Both the position numbers and the translations under genes were made by a program. A stretch of DNA of 62,938 nt, filler included, from Lenisia limosa (taxonomy: Eukaryota; Protista; Breviatea): the NCBI GenBank assembly GCA_001655205.1. It is 8 parts of 8 records of this genome, joined end to end, with 100 filler letters (N's around TTAATTAATTAA, not from the genome) between each part and the next. Parts side by side here need not be neighbours in the genome. Positions count along the whole stretch, not along the records: positions 38,007 to 41,959 come from LPNZ01002742.1; positions 42,060 to 49,255 come from LPNZ01004619.1; positions 49,356 to 61,297 come from LPNZ01008484.1; 5 more parts are not named here. One strand, written 5' to 3'. The notes below the pieces were generated by a model, which was given only the letters and a program-made list of their open reading frames with translations, searched no databases and was not told the DNA's origin. Numbering within the stretch: position 1 is the stretch's first letter; each line of letters begins with the position of its first letter. Shown piece after piece: positions 38,468-51,189 of this stretch.

Positions 38468-40850
38468 GGCTTCCTGGCACGTCTGATTCCCGCCCACCTT
38501 GTCCCGTCTTTAGTCAAAAAGGGCTCTGTGGTCCTCGACCTTCCTAAGCCAATCGCCGTCCTTCAGGTTGGGCATCTTAGAGAGGATATGCTTTTCTGAA
38601 TGTTTATTGGGTTCCTGAAGGAGGGGGGGGGGGTGAAGCAGCTTGGACCGTTTTCCTCGAAATGCCAAGCGCTGTGTTTACTCCAAAACAAACAACTCTC
38701 ACCATCATAGTCTGACCTGGTGGGCTTCACTGCGTTATCACGGCACATTTCAGCCGAAGACCTCTTTAAGCTACTCAATTCCCTCGTTCTTGCGATGGAC
38801 GCTGCTGCCAGACAAAACAGTGGGTCAAGGCTTCTATTCAAAATAAACTATTAAATAGAAATTGTTAACGATTTATCCAACTATACTTGGGATGTCTTGG
38901 GGTGTCTTGGTGTTTTAAAGCATTTTGTGACTTTGTGTTCAACCTGTCGATTTGCTGGTATATTGACCTCTTCAGAGATCTACAGAATTTATACCATTGG
39001 AGATGCCTGGGTGGTAGGAAGGGAGGGGTCTTCATAAATCCTCAATAAATATCAATATTGTCAACGTCTATTCTACAGGGTGGTAGGAGGGGAGGGGGGT
39101 CTCCATAAATCCTCAATAAATATCAATATTGTCAACGTCTATTCTACAGGGTGGTAGGAGGGGAGGGGTCTCCATAAATCCTCAATAAATATCAATATTG
39201 CCAACGTCTATTCTACAGGGTGGTAGGAGGGGAGGGGAATATAAAGATTTCTCTGGTAGTCTTTTTTGTGTGGAGGGAAGCTAACAAAGAGGGGTATTAC
39301 TTGAGCTCTTTAGTCTCTAAACAAACCTGTGAAATGGAGGGTTTTGAAGTTGTTTTATCCAGACATGTTACACATCAGGGTATAGCCGGCATCAAAGGCA
39401 CAAGTGCTACCCCTGCACTCAGCATCTTCAAGACTGCTCTCACATTCCCGGCAGTTGTGGCAAATATCAAAGCGGTTGGCTCAAAATGCCCTATCGTAAT
39501 GCAATACCTCTTATCGGCTTGATGGTGTGGACGGCTTCGGCCAAAGTTGTTTTTTTTTTTTATTCTCATTTCATTTCTACATCTGATATGTTTGGGTCTC
39601 CCTAATGTCTCAAAAAGACAGAAATTATTGGCATATCCTCATAATTATTTATTAATTACTTTTTGTATTATTTTTTATTTTCTTTTTTCTTTGAAACCAT
39701 TAGCATGCCTGAGTAGTAAGGCTTCTTAACTGTTAATCCTCTTGCTTTTTCTCAAGCTGAAATCCACACCACCACCACCAGGTTGTTTCTATCTTTATCT
39801 CCCCCATCTACTCACTTCTTTCTTACATACCTCAGGCCCTCACTGGTAACTCAGACATGATGGTCCGCATTGGTGTGTCCTACTCCCGTGCCGTGGCAGG
39901 TGTTGTCGGTTCCTCACGTCCAAGACTACTGATGGTGGGGGTGATACACAAAGCTTGATCAAGACGTATTCGTAGTGATGATCAGATGAGACACTCCCTC
40001 TGACCATGTAGTGGGGTTCAGCCGTGAAGGAGGCTGCCGCTTGTGAACAGGCTGCTCCGTCGGGAACTATTGTGGCCACTCATAACATTGTCAAGACCCT
40101 CGCCAAAGCAAATGAAACCACCNNNNNNNNNNNNNNNNNNNNNNNNNNNNNNNNNNNNNNNNNNNNNNNNNNNNNNNNNNNNNNNNNNNNNNNNNNNNNN
40201 NNNNNNNNNNNNNNNNNNNNNNNNNNNNNNNNNNNNNNNNNNNNNNNNNNNNNNNNNNNNNNNNNNNNNNNNNNNCCCGTTGACGCTGCTTTCACCACGG
40301 GTAGGAATCCTGGTGTGATGTAAAACAGCTGTTGTGTTGGCCTCGTAGTTTATATTTAAGGCTTCTGTTCATCTTCTAAATCATGTATTTATGGGACGGG
40401 ATGACGGTTTCGGCCGGATATCCTGTTGATGACATGATATATTATGTACATATCGTGGATGGTTTTGGACGGCTGCGTGATGTGTTTGCTTTTATCCCTC
40501 TCACCACTTCCTCCACTGACTTCGTAGGAGCAACTGTTAAGAAGGTCTCTGTTTCTTTGCAGTCGGAGAGTGTGTCTCTTGTTCCTCTCAGGTATGAGCC
40601 GAACACCATATAAGTCCAGTTTAGTTCTATACTTACATCATAGTGTGACAAATGGGAAGGTTGACAGCTCCTGTTCTCATGAAGGTTGGCGACTTTTTTT
40701 TTTTTTGTCTTATTGCACTTCCAGTTGCTAACCAACAAAGTGTTTTGTTTCATTCTTCCATCACACCCCAGGCCTGGTATTCCGACATGATTTGGTGGAG
40801 TCGTGCCTTGCCCTCACCCCAGCATATTTGGTCGTATAAGGTATTGTGTG
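38468..40850 (+). CDS. Uncharacterised multi-exon coding region
   Basis: GC-richer segments bounded by splice signals: GFLARLIPAHLVPSLVKKGSVVLDLPKPIAVLQ; GIAGIKGTSATPALSIFKTALTFPAVVANIKAVGSKCPI; ALTGNSDMMVRIGVSYSRAVAGVVGSSRPRLLM; AVKEAAACEQAAPSGTIVATHNIVKTLAKANETT. Family not recognised and exon chain not fully resolved. Confidence 0.45.
39008..39235 (+). repeat. Minisatellite, ~70 bp unit x3.3
   Basis: Unit gggtggtaggaggggaggggtctccataaatcctcaataaatatcaatattgtcaacgtctattctaca. Confidence 0.9.
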
Positions 40851-41959
40851 TAGTTATGTTGAAGGTATTTAATAGGTAGCTAGGTATGTTAGATATTTAC
40901 ACTATTGAGAGTAATGCAAAGTGTATATTATAATTAGAGTCTTCTGAAACTGTTTTTATTACGATTGTTGAGGATAAGGATATTCGTTTGAGACCCCCCC
41001 GGAAACTCTAAATAAATCAATAGTACCCAATACAAAACGTTTTAAAACACCAATAAACCCAAGACTATTAACAAAAGTGACACGGTCAAGGAAGCTGAAG
41101 CACCGCCGTAACCATCATCCTAAACTATTAGTATTAACGAACTAACATCTATTGTAAAGTGGAATCATACCGTATGAACCTTAACCCCAAAAGTCATCAT
41201 ACAAAAAATAAAATAAATATTTTACAAATGAACCCCTTTAAGTTGACGTTTCCATTCCATTCTGTGATTTGCAGCCCAAATACCGCAATTGGTGGTTCGG
41301 GTGGAGTCACCACAGTCATTCTGTAATGTCAGTAAAGTATGGAACCGGGAACTACCAAACAACAGTGTATTCCCGGTAGGAATCCGGTTGACAGAAGTAT
41401 CAGACTAATAATAGAGACGAATCAGACTAACATTTAGAGAAGTGGTTGAATGGTCTTATAACCCCCTCACCCCCTCCAAACATATCTGAGAAGAAAGACC
41501 CCCCCTCCACCTTGACACCAAATCGCCAATGATGTCGACAACGGATATGACTGTGTCCTTATTGGAGCGATACGTCCAGTCGTGGATGCCAAGAACAATG
41601 CTCACAGACTGGCCTGGTGGAAGATGGTCAATGATCAGCATAACAATACCATGTGATAGATACTGAGAGAGAAGGGAAAGTCAACAAAAGACGTATCTAG
41701 TCGACCATCATAACGTTTTTTAGGGGATATTGGTACAGTAAGTACATACATATGTGTTATTTCAGCCAGTCATTTCGCATATTATATAAAAATATAACAT
41801 ACTATACATATAGCAATATATACAGTATAGTATAGTATATGATATGAGATAGTATACATATACTATATGATATTATATATAATATAGCTATGTTACATGT
41901 ATGTATATATATATATATATACTATACATAGTATATACAGCATTATCTACTAAACTATA

Positions 41960-42059
41960 NNNNNNNNNNNNNNNNNNNNNNNNNNNNNNNNNNNNNNNNN
42001 NNNTTAATTAATTAANNNNNNNNNNNNNNNNNNNNNNNNNNNNNNNNNNNNNNNNNNNN
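41960..42059. other. Artificial scaffold spacer
   Basis: TTAATTAATTAA at 42004-42015. Confidence 0.95.
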
Positions 42060-42184
42060 CAACAAACTCTCCATCCACATAGTCCACCTCCTCGAAGCTC
42101 TCGGAAAACATCTATAGGGTGGGGGGGGGGGCTATTAAAGCTTCCAGATAAAATGAATTTCTCGAACAATCCTTCATAAATAGC

Positions 42185-42321
42185 AGGGCTCCGTGTAATT
42201 ACTTTTTTGAGGAAATTAATTGAAAAAATTAGAAATTAAAGTGACTGGAATAGGGTTCTCGTTACAATATGCCCGACTCCAAATTTTGCAATTAATTTGT
42301 CAATTAATTGCACGGAGTCCT
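42185..42321. mobile_element. MITE family 4 (~135 bp, TIR aggrctccgtgyaatta); inverted copy ~48182-48312, fragments near 10140-10220, 27110-27200, 33073-33118
   Basis: agggctccgtgtaatta...taattgcacggagtcct; internal aatagggttctcgttacaatatg matches the reverse complement at 48230-48255. Confidence 0.75.
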
Positions 42322-43027
42322 AATAAATATTCATATTATTTCATGAACAATTCAAGATAAATATTCATATTATCATGGCCGTTTCGGACGGAGGGGGAGG
42401 GGAGGGACTTCGTCACTAAGAAACACCTATTGGGCTTCACTTCAGTTCAAAAAAAGACTGAATGTCTCGAAACTATCGATATTTGTTGGTCTTTTTTAAA
42501 CCGAAGTGACGCCCTAACCTTATATCATCAAATGACGTATCAACAGAGTATAATAAATAGCGAAGAGAAATAAAAAACAAGAATGTGTATCTGATATAAT
42601 ATAAAGAGATAGGAAATAAAACAATGAAAATCACATCCCCCCCCCCCCNNNNNNNNNNNNNNNNNNNNNNNNNNNNNNNNNNNNNNNNNNNNNNNNNNNN
42701 NNNNNNNNNNNNNNNNNNNNNNNNNNNNNNNNNNNNNNNNNNNNNNNNNNNACGGAGAGTCTCAGTCCTGATTCCGAGGCGTGGAAAACCTGGTCATCAC
42801 GTACTTGCCGCCCCTAGGATAGTAACAAGGGAAAATGATGAAACACCTGTTAACAATATATGACTTGGAGGGTTAAAAAGTCTTTTCGACCGAAGTGAAG
42901 CCCAGTAAATAATGTAAAGTATAATACATCAACATATATGCGACCCAAATGCACATGTATTACTGAATACCAGTCGAAATGATGGATGAATATAACAAGA
43001 ATATAATACGAGGGTTCACCCCCAAGT

Positions 43028-43125
43028 AGGGTTTCACTTCGGCTCGAAAAATACTGGTAAAATATCGATAGCTTTCGAGGATTTATCGAGAAATTCAGTC
43101 TTTTTTCGAACCGAAGTGAAGCCCT
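43028..43125. mobile_element. MITE family 1 (~98 bp, ~25 bp TIR, 10 bp TSD), type copy
   Basis: agggtttcacttcggctcgaaaaa...ttttttcgaaccgaagtgaagccct flanked by a perfect acccccaagt at 43018-43027 and 43126-43135. Confidence 0.9.
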
Positions 43126-43998
43126 ACCCCCAAGTGTGTCTATTGAGGCTTGTCGGAATTATCATCCGGGTGGACACATGTCGACATGTAGAAAATGAGA
43201 GTTCATACTTAAAATGACTCACAAAATGATTCAAAAGTGATATGATAGTTCACACTCATGACTGTGGCGGACAAAAGTGAATATGTAACAAAATGAGAGA
43301 GAAATAATGAATTATTATTCCACTTAGTTAAAATAATGAATAATTTACCCTTCAACTTTCAAGGGAGTAATTCACTTTAATTGTAAATAAGATTGGACCG
43401 CCAATCAGATAGAAGAAGGGTCTTTCAATCTATTGTTCAGCCTTGCTGTTTGGTGTTCAAATAAAGACATCTTCTCATTATTTCTGGTACTTTATGCCTA
43501 ATAACAATCTTATTATCATTTGTATTATATTTCAAACTCGATAGATATACTAGAGGCAGAAAAATCGAGATCTGATAGGACCAAGAAACAGATTTGGGTA
43601 GTAGCAAGGGGGAGGGAAGCCAATCATACGCGGATGACTCTTGAAACATCAAAGTCGGTTCCAAAGCCTTCACGACGCAGTTGGATGCCGAAGGCTGCTG
43701 AAGGGTGATAAGGAACCGGAAGATCTTACCTGGCAAAGCAAGAGACAAAACACTGCTTAGCAGCAATATCTTTATTATCATCATTACTGCTCTCTAACCT
43801 AGTTTTTACAGTGTGGTTTTTTTTATTTTTGAAACGCCTCTTATACCCGATAATTTATCGATAAAGTTTTCGATATAATTTTGAGAAATCTCAAACCACA
43901 AAATAAGAAAACAGTGCAGTATGCCAATTAAAATTATATCAATATAAAAAAATGGCAGATCGATGCCCGATTGACTGAAGTTTCGACTTGTGTTCACA

Positions 43999-46460
43999 AT
44001 GCCGCGCCCTGTGGCCCCTCAGGCCACCTTCAAGGACCCCATCGCACGGTAGGAAAGCAGTTTAATCATAATAGTGATGTGTAAGAGAACAAACCTGTTA
44101 TTCCCTCGTTGGGTTAATGTTCTCGACAATTTGTGACGGTTGTTGTTGTGTTTTGGGTATCAAGTGAAAGAAACAGCTATTTTCAGCTTTTTCCGTTGTT
44201 AAAATCTGGTAGCAAAGATGTTTATGGTGATATCATTCGTATAACTGAAAAGGTTATAAATTCAAATGTTGTTGTTTAATGGTGTTTATAAGGTCTTTAA
44301 GGTTAATGGGTCTTAACTGGTCTTTATTAATAGACCTCTGAATGGCATTCAATGTAAAAATTTGGGCTTCTAGGGGTGGGGCTATGTCCAAAATGTTCAA
44401 AGTTGACAAGAATTTGAAACACATTTTTTAAAGAAATGGAAAACTATCAGTGAAAGCTTTGGTAAGAAAGTCCAGATAATCTTATAATTTCTAAACTGAA
44501 TGCCGAAATGGTTTGAGTTTTATTTCCTCAATTTAACCTAATCCTTGACCCCCCTCGCATTTTTCTATTAATTCAAAAACAGCGTTAATCGAAATTTCCT
44601 TCGTTTTACTCCTCCCCCCATCCACGATGATGCGGTGCGGCGTAAGCGACTGGACTGGGCTTTACTTGTTTTCTAATTATCAACTCTCGTGTGTTGTCAG
44701 TCAACAGAGTTGATTTTGGGCTTTTTTTCTTGCATAAGTGTCACAATTTTACCTCACCTCACCCACCAGGATTCTGACAGCGAACGGGCATCTACAAATG
44801 CCGCGTATGAGCTGGGAAGAAGTGTCGCGTCAAGAAGCACTGATTCTCTCTGGTGGGAGAGCGGTCATCTAGTATATACAATACATCTTATACTATATGT
44901 ACATGTATATATGCATACATGTATCTAGGTATTCTATATAATAATATAATTATATATAATACATATATATACCGGTATATATAGCTATGTATGATAGTCG
45001 TATATAATATATATAATATAAATATATGCATTGTCTATAATATTGCGATATGTGTAAATGGTGTCATATTAAGAAAAAAAATATATCTATAATGGTTATT
45101 TGTTTAATAATTGAGTTATGGCATCAATACTATATTGCAAATAGCCGGTATCAGTAATCACCAGCTGTAATAACAACGCTATAGGGAAGCTGTAATAACA
45201 ACCCTTACCATATAGGGAAGCTCAGCGGTTGGCAGCCCCCCGAAACCCCCTTGAACGATGACTTTTCGATTTTCACGAACACAATTTCGCCGCCAATGAC
45301 GTCACCAACTTACCTTCCGACAAGGGTTCCGTCATTCAAGCCACCAAAGGGGCCTAGGAGGAAGAAGCGCGCCCCCAGGTTCGGATTATTTAAATAATCT
45401 ACTGCTACAACCTTGTTTTTTTCTTTTCTATTATATATAATATCTACATACACTGACTTCAAGTTGACCACTAACATATGCTTTATTTTTAGTAGGGTTT
45501 CCCAATGGTCCAAAAAAGACCAGTAAAATATCGATATTTATCGAGGATTTATCGAGAAATTCAGTATTTTTTGAAACCATAGGGAAGCCTTAATCTTTAG
45601 TCAATCATGTCAGGACTAGGGTTTCACTTCGGCTCAAAAAAGACCGGCAAAATATCGATAGTTTTCAAGGATTTATCGTGAAATTCAGTCTTTTTTCGAA
45701 CCGGAGTGAAGCCCTTGTCATGACTCAGTCTTCGTTTACACTCAATGCTAGTTCCGCCCTTATCCTTTACAGGACAAATAGAGTGACGGTCCCACGACCT
45801 TCAGCAGAACAAGGTGATACTAGTGCTCTGGCCCGAGTCCCTTTTATGTCCTCCGGGGTAGTGGCCGTGATAAAACCGCCTCAAAAGGTGCGTGTGTGTG
45901 GGGGGTCTCAAATCAAAGGAGAGAGGAGATTTAACAATCAAGGGAGAGGGAAGAACCAACAATCAAGAGGGATTGTCCATTTTGCTTTCTCGATATCACA
46001 AACAGGAGATTTTGTTCAAAAAAAAAAACACCGTTTTTTGAGACCCCCCCCCCCCCTAAATATAATAATAATAAAAAAAATCTCAGAATCAATACCATCT
46101 AGGTGATTATATTTCTGAATCAGTCTGATTATGATGTTTTGTAAGTATATTCCTGAATAGTAGTTATGATTTTGAAGACTGTAAGTATCTTTTTATATCA
46201 TATACTCAGCCGAATCGGAATTTCAATATCAGATATATTCCATCTTGTGATTCTGGTGTGATTATATGATACTATGGCTCTTATCCTGAATATATACCCA
46301 CCCGAATTGGAATTTCAATTATCTTATTTCGAATATGTTCCTGACTCTACAGTCTCCCATCAAGGTACAGAGACCGAAGAAAAGAGCACCACGAACTCGA
46401 CCAGTTGTCGTCCCTCATACTGCTGTGAAAATACCCGGGGATTCAAACTGTTGGCACCCC
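43999..46460 (+). CDS. Uncharacterised Pro/Arg/Lys-rich protein, 5' part
   Basis: Phase-consistent exons from ATG 43999: MPRPVAPQATFKDPIAR|ILTANGHLQMPRMSWEEVSRQEALILS|GKLSGWQPPETPLNDDFSIFTNTISPPMTSPTYLPTRVPSFKPPKGPRRKKRAPR|TNRVTVPRPSAEQG...KPPQK|SPIKVQRPKKRAPRTRP. Confidence 0.6.
45618..45715. mobile_element. MITE family 1 copy; a variant copy (TIR agggtttcccaatggt) lies just upstream at ~45493-45590
   Basis: Same TIRs; flanks tgtcaggact and tgtcatgact (9/10 TSD match). Confidence 0.88.
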
Positions 46461-47094
46461 CACCTTTTATTATTTGTATTTTATTACTTCGTTAAGTTGC
46501 ATTTAGTATTTCTAGGAGGGCTTCACTTCGGTTCAAAAAAAAAAACACCAGTTAATTTTCGAATATTATCGAGAAATTCAGTGTTTTTTGAACCGAAGAG
46601 AAGCTCGATAAGTGTTTCATTACCTGGAACCTCCCATGAATAAAAGACAACGCAAATCAGAATAACAGTATTTGTATTATACTCACAGATTTAGTATCGG
46701 TGAATTAATATTTTACTATCATCCAATATCTCTTATAAGCGTGANNNNNNNNNNNNNNNNNNNNNNNNNNNNNNNNNNNNNNNNNNNNNNNNNNNNNNNN
46801 NNNAACAATGCTTTTGTCTCCCCCACGTTTATATTCCCCCTCGTAAGCGGTGGCTTGGTTGGGTTAACACTTTAATCCCCCCTTTCTGCAGAAGCGACGG
46901 CTTTATTTGTTTTGTATAAATCTTTTTTAAACCTTGTAATTTCAGTAAGGCGTTGATTTTATTTCACTGAATTGCAGCGTGCCTTCTCTTCTCCCGGATT
47001 CGCTTGGACAGGATAGAGTCTTGTGGGGGGTTTTGTTTTTGGGGGGAGTATGAGTAACGTGGGGGGTGATATAGATATTGTGTGGTGGTGGTAG

Positions 47095-47192
47095 GGATGG
47101 TAGTGATGAGGATGATGTTGGTGGTGATGATAATGATAGTGATGATGATAGTGATGATGATAGTGATGATGATAGTGATGATGATAGTGATG
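47095..47192. repeat. Simple repeat (gatgatgatagt)n
   Basis: About five 12-mers plus degenerate flanks. Confidence 0.85.
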
Positions 47193-49255
47193 TCATTTTT
47201 TTTTATTGTTTTAATGTTTCATTATTGTTATTATGTGTTTTGATTTTCATTTCGTGTTTTTACTACTTTTTATTAGCTTCCTCCTTTCCCCCCAGCCCTA
47301 TCCTCACATCTTGATTTTTTATCACAGTTTCCCTTCCCACCCAACTTCTAACCCGCATTGTAACCCCGCATCAGGTCGAGTCCCCTCATTGTGCGCTACG
47401 ACCCAATTTCGATGTTTAATACCGGAATTCTGACTTCAGCACCCTCGTGGTCATTGAATGATGATGGTGGGGTAGTGAGTGGTGCTTGCATCATATGAAA
47501 GACTTTCGAGTCGAAATTATGAATGATGATAACACGAGGGTTAATCCCGAGTGTAGATAGATCAAATCATATTGCTCTATTAATATGATTAGGCCTTCCC
47601 CGTAGGGAAGCCCTAAATATGAAATAAACGATTCTCCTTGTAACTTGTAAATATACTGTATGTCTCCAGACATTATTCAAAATTCACCGGACACATCAAA
47701 ACTCCCGGACAACTTGAGTTTTTAATATAAAATCATCATAAACACTATTTCCCTTTTGTTTTCGAAAGTATTTTCAATCTTAATCAAAGGATTAAACGCC
47801 TACTTCATAAAAGGCACATTCAATGAATAAATGGCAACTATTCGGGAAAGTTGTTCACTCTTGTAGACAGTGCTACTAAAATTCACTATTACATAGCCAA
47901 AGCAAAGGGGAACCCGGAACCAATTACTCCAATGGGTGCAAATTTTTATTTGTTAACACTAAAAGAGGGTAAGATTCAGAAAACATTCCTGTGAAAAGGC
48001 AAAAGGGGGACACCCGAGAGACCAAATTCACGGATTTTTGATATGCTCCAAATTGAAAAAAAAAGTTGGGGAACATTAGGAGGTCCATTTCTCTGTGTGT
48101 CTGTCGAAGCAGTTTTTCATAAAACACTCACATTGGCCAATATAAGGTGTCAACTTCAAGCCCGGTGAATTTTAATTGATGTCCTCCGTGCAATTAATTA
48201 ACAAAATTAATTGCAAAATTTGAAGTCGGACATATTGTAACGAGAACCCTATTCCAGACACTTGAATTTCTAATTGTGTCATTTAATTTATTCACAAAAT
48301 TAATTGCACACAGCCAGAATTTATCTTTTATTATTTCAAAAAAAAAAAATCAATAAAATATGATATCATATCATATTATTGTATTCTATAACATTTCTAT
48401 TTTATCTATTTGGTTCCTGCGTACCCATGCTGACCCATTGTAACGTTCTAGATTCTCTCCCTGGACTTCATGGTAAATCAGCAACTGTAGGGGTGTCTTA
48501 GTTTTGTTTTTCTCTTTTGCCCAAGAGGCGTAATTCTTCTTTGTATTGTTTAAGCATAAGATCCCCCCCCCCCCCCNNNNNNNNNNNNNNNNNNNNNNNN
48601 NNNNNNNNNNNNNNNNNNNNNNNNNNNNNNNNNNNNNNNNNNNNNNNNNNNNNNNNNNNNNNNNNNNNNNNNNNNNNNNNNNNNNNNNNNNNNNTGATTT
48701 TGGGCTTTTTTTGTTTCATAATTTCCAGTCCCCTCCCCTGCTACCCTAATTTACTCCTTTAGCCAACAATACATTTTGAGCCGAAGCCGCCCCCTGCTCA
48801 AACGTTTGCTAGAAAGGGGTTATTCTCCCAGCTCTGTAAAAAAAAAAAAATTCTATCCCCTTTCTCTGTGAAGTAAAAATTAATTTTTCTTTTGTTATCA
48901 ACAAAATCCCATTTTTTTCTACACTTCTGTAGAAATTAAATCATATCATCTCTTACCGAGCTCAATTGTAACAAGTTAATCCAATATCTTTAGAACCCAC
49001 GCCCAACATGAGCCGATCGTGAGCCAGCAGCCTCTCTCAAGGTTACAAGGTATGTGTGGGGGTTACGAGCCCCCCACTCCCCCCTCTCTCTAGTTTTACG
49101 CTTACCCAAGTTTCCCATAAATTTTCCAATTGTACTCCTCTCCCCAGTTGACAGCCAACTGAGTTTTCTTTCATATAAATTTTCCAATTTTACGCGCTGG
49201 AGTGATGGGATGTGGTGCTGCATAAGCGACTGGCCTGGGCTTGTTTGTTTTGTTG

Positions 49256-49355
49256 NNNNNNNNNNNNNNNNNNNNNNNNNNNNNNNNNNNNNNNNNNNNT
49301 TAATTAATTAANNNNNNNNNNNNNNNNNNNNNNNNNNNNNNNNNNNNNNNNNNNN
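49256..49355. other. Artificial scaffold spacer
   Basis: TTAATTAATTAA at 49300-49311. Confidence 0.95.
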
Positions 49356-49504
49356 TTATGCATGTCCACCTACATATAGATATAGATATACACAATCTAA
49401 CATTCCATTAATAGTAAGGATTAAGACAAATGAACTGATATACATTTATATATCATACATAATATATCGATATGTTTTGGTTAACAATATAAACGCTGGG
49501 TTAC

Positions 49505-50496
49505 CTTGTTCTTGAAAAGGATAGACTTTTGGAACTCAAGCTCAATTGTAAAACTCTAAAGTCCATAAGTCTATACTAAAAATCATTCTGTTGCAAAAAC
49601 GCGATTCGGTATGATCCAAATATAATAAATATAATAACATTCAATCGTTATGAGGAAAGAGACACAAGGAAATAAAACAATGGACAAGAGCCAACTCACG
49701 CATCCATCATCATGAAGAAAGCCACGGACGTCACTGACCAACGCAAGAGCCATGATATCAGTTTCAGAAGTTAAGAAATTGCGCATCTAAGTCACTTAGA
49801 CAAGGCTCAGTGAAACACATCAATCACTATGCATACCGAGGAGTTAAGAAGGATGGCTGTCCAGAAACCAGGCACCCCATTGTCTTCGTTTGACAGGTTG
49901 TCGTTGGTGGCCTCGTCTTCGGCTTCGAGAGAGTCATCCACTTCTGTGGTACCGTCGATGATAGCTTGGCGCTGGAAGGTGAATTCTCATTACAATGATA
50001 TACTTCATACAACCTGTGACAAACCTTCTTCATCAGCTCTTGAATTTTCTGGTCATACTCGTAATCAATCTTCAAAAACTGGGTTTGGGTCTCGAGGGAG
50101 AGTTGGCGGAACTGCTCCTAGAAGGGTTATTTCTTGCTTTCCCTTCTTCAAGCAATCTTCATAAAGTGAACCTCACCAAGATCCTGCAAATCTCCCTGAT
50201 AAACAACAAACACCCAAGTACCTTCTTACAGTTATTCCGTTATCTTCCTACCTCATGACTTTGAAGGGCACGAATTCTGCCTTGAACAGCCTTGGGGAGG
50301 GTCTCAATGTAACCTGAGCTGCCGTTTGCAACGAGGTTCTGGAGCTGAGTCCATTAAACCTTTTCAACATTAATGACCTTACCTTCTTGAGCTGCTCAGG
50401 GTCCTTAAGCATTTCTTCGATGTTCATTTTGAGATCTTTGGGAAAAGGTTGGACTTCTTGTTTCCTACCAAGTGAGCTTCCGAGCTTTCCGACTAT
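49505..50496 (-). CDS. NAP1: Nucleosome assembly protein 1 (NAP1/SET family), partial
   Basis: Spliced ..MNIEEMLKDPEQLKK|LQNLVANGSSGYIETLPKAVQGRIRALQSHE|EQFRQLSLETQTQFLKIDYEYDQKIQELMKK|RQAIIDGT...NGVPGFWTAILLNSS|MRNFLTSETDIMALALVSDVRG..|SFTIELEFQKSILFKNK matches the NAP1 motifs (SGYIESLP, GIPxFW, F.LEF.F....F.N). Confidence 0.85.
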
Positions 50497-51189
50497 CTGA
50501 TTAGAAGGAAAAGAAGAAAAAAATGAAGAAAAAAAACTGGGAAAATACAAAAACGCCTTAATCAAAAGTAATCACGTTTTAGGTTTGGTTTTTTTGAACC
50601 TGACCCTTTATCACCAAAGAAAAGGCCGCGCTATAAGGTGAAAACCTGATCAGTAACTCTCTATCACCAATTATATTGTTTTGATGGTGGCAAACTAGAA
50701 GATACCGTTGTTATTTTTGAGTGGCGAAACTTCTGGAATCAAGAGATGTTACTTTGGGAGCGCCTTTGTGCAGTTTAGTCCAATTTTTGATCAGCTAAGC
50801 AGAATGTGAGAAGAAACTAGTCTCGGCCGTTCTAGGATGCCAATCCGCGCCGAACAACTTGCTGACAATGTTCATCTCAACGATGAGCACTCCCAAGAGG
50901 GTTTGTGTGGCTTTAATCGAGATTAATTTGTGAGAGAGATGGTTTGAATCTTGTTCTCATTCCCGAAATGGATCGATTTGCATATTTTGAATGTTCCATC
51001 GTTTTGTTATATGTTGACTTCGATTTTTTGAATCACTGGTATATTTGTACAAAGAGATATTCTTCGTCTCAAGAACTTTTTGGAAGCATGAGTAGGGATT
51101 AGTCAAGGTGGTGGTGTCTTGTTTTCTCTTGACGAGGGGGGGGGGTAACTTTGGGCCTATTCCTTGCAGACGTGTATTGATCATAATAA

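Noticed and set aside
46942-47314. Poly-Ser and poly-Asp ORFs on opposite strands
   Set aside because: Both are translations of a (gatgatgatagt)n simple repeat with no splice or homology support.
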